DNA of 64,000 nucleotides from Cycas panzhihuaensis (Eukaryota; Plantae; Cycadophyta): the NCBI GenBank assembly GCA_023213395.1, contig CM041465.1:221471741-221535740 (forward strand). Reading direction: 5' to 3'. The notes under the pieces are model-generated. The model did no database searches, was not told where the DNA came from, and saw nothing but the letters and a program-made list of their open reading frames with translations. The first letter of the stretch is position 1; each line of letters begins with the position of its first letter. Of this stretch, positions 62,184 through 64,000 are shown one piece after another. The translations under genes were made by a program, and so were the position numbers.

Positions 62184-64000
62184 TGTTAGAATATAATGTT
62201 TTATCTTAGGTCTTTAAGGGGTAATATTATAAACCCCTCATTGTGTAACTCCTAATGTAGGATTGACGTGTGTCATTCTCAAAAGCTTTAGTTACAATTT
62301 ACTTTGTAATGGTTCTATTCTATAGTGTATATTTGAGGCATTTCCTGCACTATAATACATCAACCATTTCACACATTATTGCGAAGCAGAATTTGACAAG
62401 GTATCAGAGCAGGTCAGTCAGACTGTCTGAAGGAGGAAGAAAAAGGAGAGTACAATTATCGTGAATGACATTGAAGAAGAATTCAACGGTTAAAGAACCT
62501 AGTGGAGGAAGAAGGAGTTGAAATCTCCAGAAGAAGAGAGAATTCCAAAATTGAAATTATACGAACTTGCACAGATGAAATTTTTTGAAAGTTCCCAGAA
62601 TTGAGTGAAATTTGACCAACAAGTAGATCATGACACGAGGATCACTTTTCTCAACTAGCTCGAAGTTATTAGAGCAAGTTTTGAGGCACTTTTTCCCTAC
62701 TTACTAGTTTGCGTGGGTTTGGAGTCACTCCAGCAAATTCTTCAAAAATAACTCAAATTTTTGGGTAAAATCACTCATAATCTCTACATCCCAGTGATTC
62801 AAGGTGTTTAAACCTATTTTTTTGCAAGTAGGTGAAAGATTGAGTGAGTTTGAAGCTTTTTTCTCCAAAAACCTAGTCGCCTATTTTTGGTTTTCGAGCT
62901 GATTTTCTTACAATCTAAAACTTGTTTTGGAAAAATAACTTTAGATCTATAATCCTCTAAAAAAGATCTCTCTTTTGAGGTACATTTTGTACCCATCCGT
63001 ACAGTTAGGGTTCTGCATGGAAATCCATACATCTGTATGGCCAAGTCAGCTCAGATTTAGTTTCTCCTTTTGGAAACGGCTTCATCAATTCTAACTTTGT
63101 CATACCAGGACAAATTAACAAACATAAATTATCATGTTTGGAAAATAAAGATAGAAACATTATTGAGAGGCCAAAAATGCTTGGAGCATTGCTAATGGGA
63201 CTGAAGCAAAGCTTGTTGCTAGAAGTTCATGTTTAGTGAACTAGGAAGAAAGAGACAATGTTGGAGTAATAATCCAAAAACTTTCAATTTCTGATGCACT
63301 CCTCATCTATGTGGAAAAATTAACCTCTTCCTCCACAATATGGAAATACTTTAAAAATCTACATAGCTAGAAGAAACAAGGCTAGAATAATTACCCTCAA
63401 GGAGTAATTATTCAAGTTATATATAATAGAATCAGATATAGTATATGATTTTATACATAAGGTGATCTCAAGAAGAAATGATCTCATAAGTGTTGGGGCC
63501 ACCATCTTAGAACAAGAAGTAGTGGAGATGATAGCAAGTATATTTCTAAAATTATTTGATGTTACAGTCAATACCATAACCAACAATAACCAGATTGATA
63601 AGATGACTCTTGATACTCTAATTGGTTTATTGTTAAGACAGGAGCAAAGAAATAAACACTGAAGACTTAGCAGGAATAGAAGATGCTTTTGCAACCAAAC
63701 TAAACTTGGAACCCAAAGGATGGAATCAATCCAGAGGAAGAGGATGAACACCAGAGGGTAGGAATCCTCTTCGTGGTCGGTAGCAAGACAACAAGATGAG
63801 GATGCACAAAGACAAGGGATTCAAGAATGTGTTATAATTGTGGTAAGCCTGGTCGTATTTCAAGTTCCTGTAGGGCATTTGATCTTTGCTATCACTGTGG
63901 TTAGTCAGGACACTATCCATATCAATGCCCCCAAAGGCAAGCTGATATTCAGAGAGGGAAGTGCTCGGTAGGAAACTACAGTAAAGAGCAGATAGAAGAA
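62184..64000 (+). mobile_element. Element P: Ty1/Copia 5' part inserted in O, running off the window
   Basis: LTR 62184-62398, PBS AGGTATCAGAGC, and gag remnants at 63070-63950. Confidence 0.82.

Larger units (their letters stand above)
3908..64000 (+). other. Giant intron (>60 kb) of the IQD-like gene, TE-filled
   Basis: GT donor at 3908. No in-frame IQD exon 2 found. Nearly all sequence beyond ~5.2 kb is assignable to LTR elements. Confidence 0.55.

Overview
Eukaryotic plant nuclear DNA. The Gypsy gag motif and the very long TE-filled intron suggest a large-genome non-flowering vascular plant such as a gymnosperm or fern (inference). The only host-gene signal is the first coding exon of an IQD (IQ67-domain) family gene at 3824-3907 (+; MGRSGKWFQTVVGFKK..., phase-0 GT donor). 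No later exon is visible, so the remaining ~60 kb appears to be one giant intron filled with LTR retrotransposons. The left part (5.2-44.7 kb) is a resolvable nest in an old Copia (A): A>B>C, A>D>E, A>solo-LTR F, A>G>H, with target-site duplications (TSDs) readable for B, C, D, E, F and H. The right part (44.7-64 kb) is a mosaic of interrupted or deleted Gypsy and Copia elements (K, L, M, J, N, O, P). The most notable items are: a young ~10 kb Ogre/Tat-like element carrying only gag+protease, with a covarying hairpin array and a 20-bp-phased GTAC palindrome array; an ENE-like triple-helix element plus A-bulged hairpins in the 3' UTR of a near-intact Copia; a double LTR-end/PBS suggesting LTR replacement; a triplicated integrase whose history can be ordered; and an extra ORF downstream of a Gypsy integrase. 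Element letters are my own labels. All alignments and identities were judged by eye.
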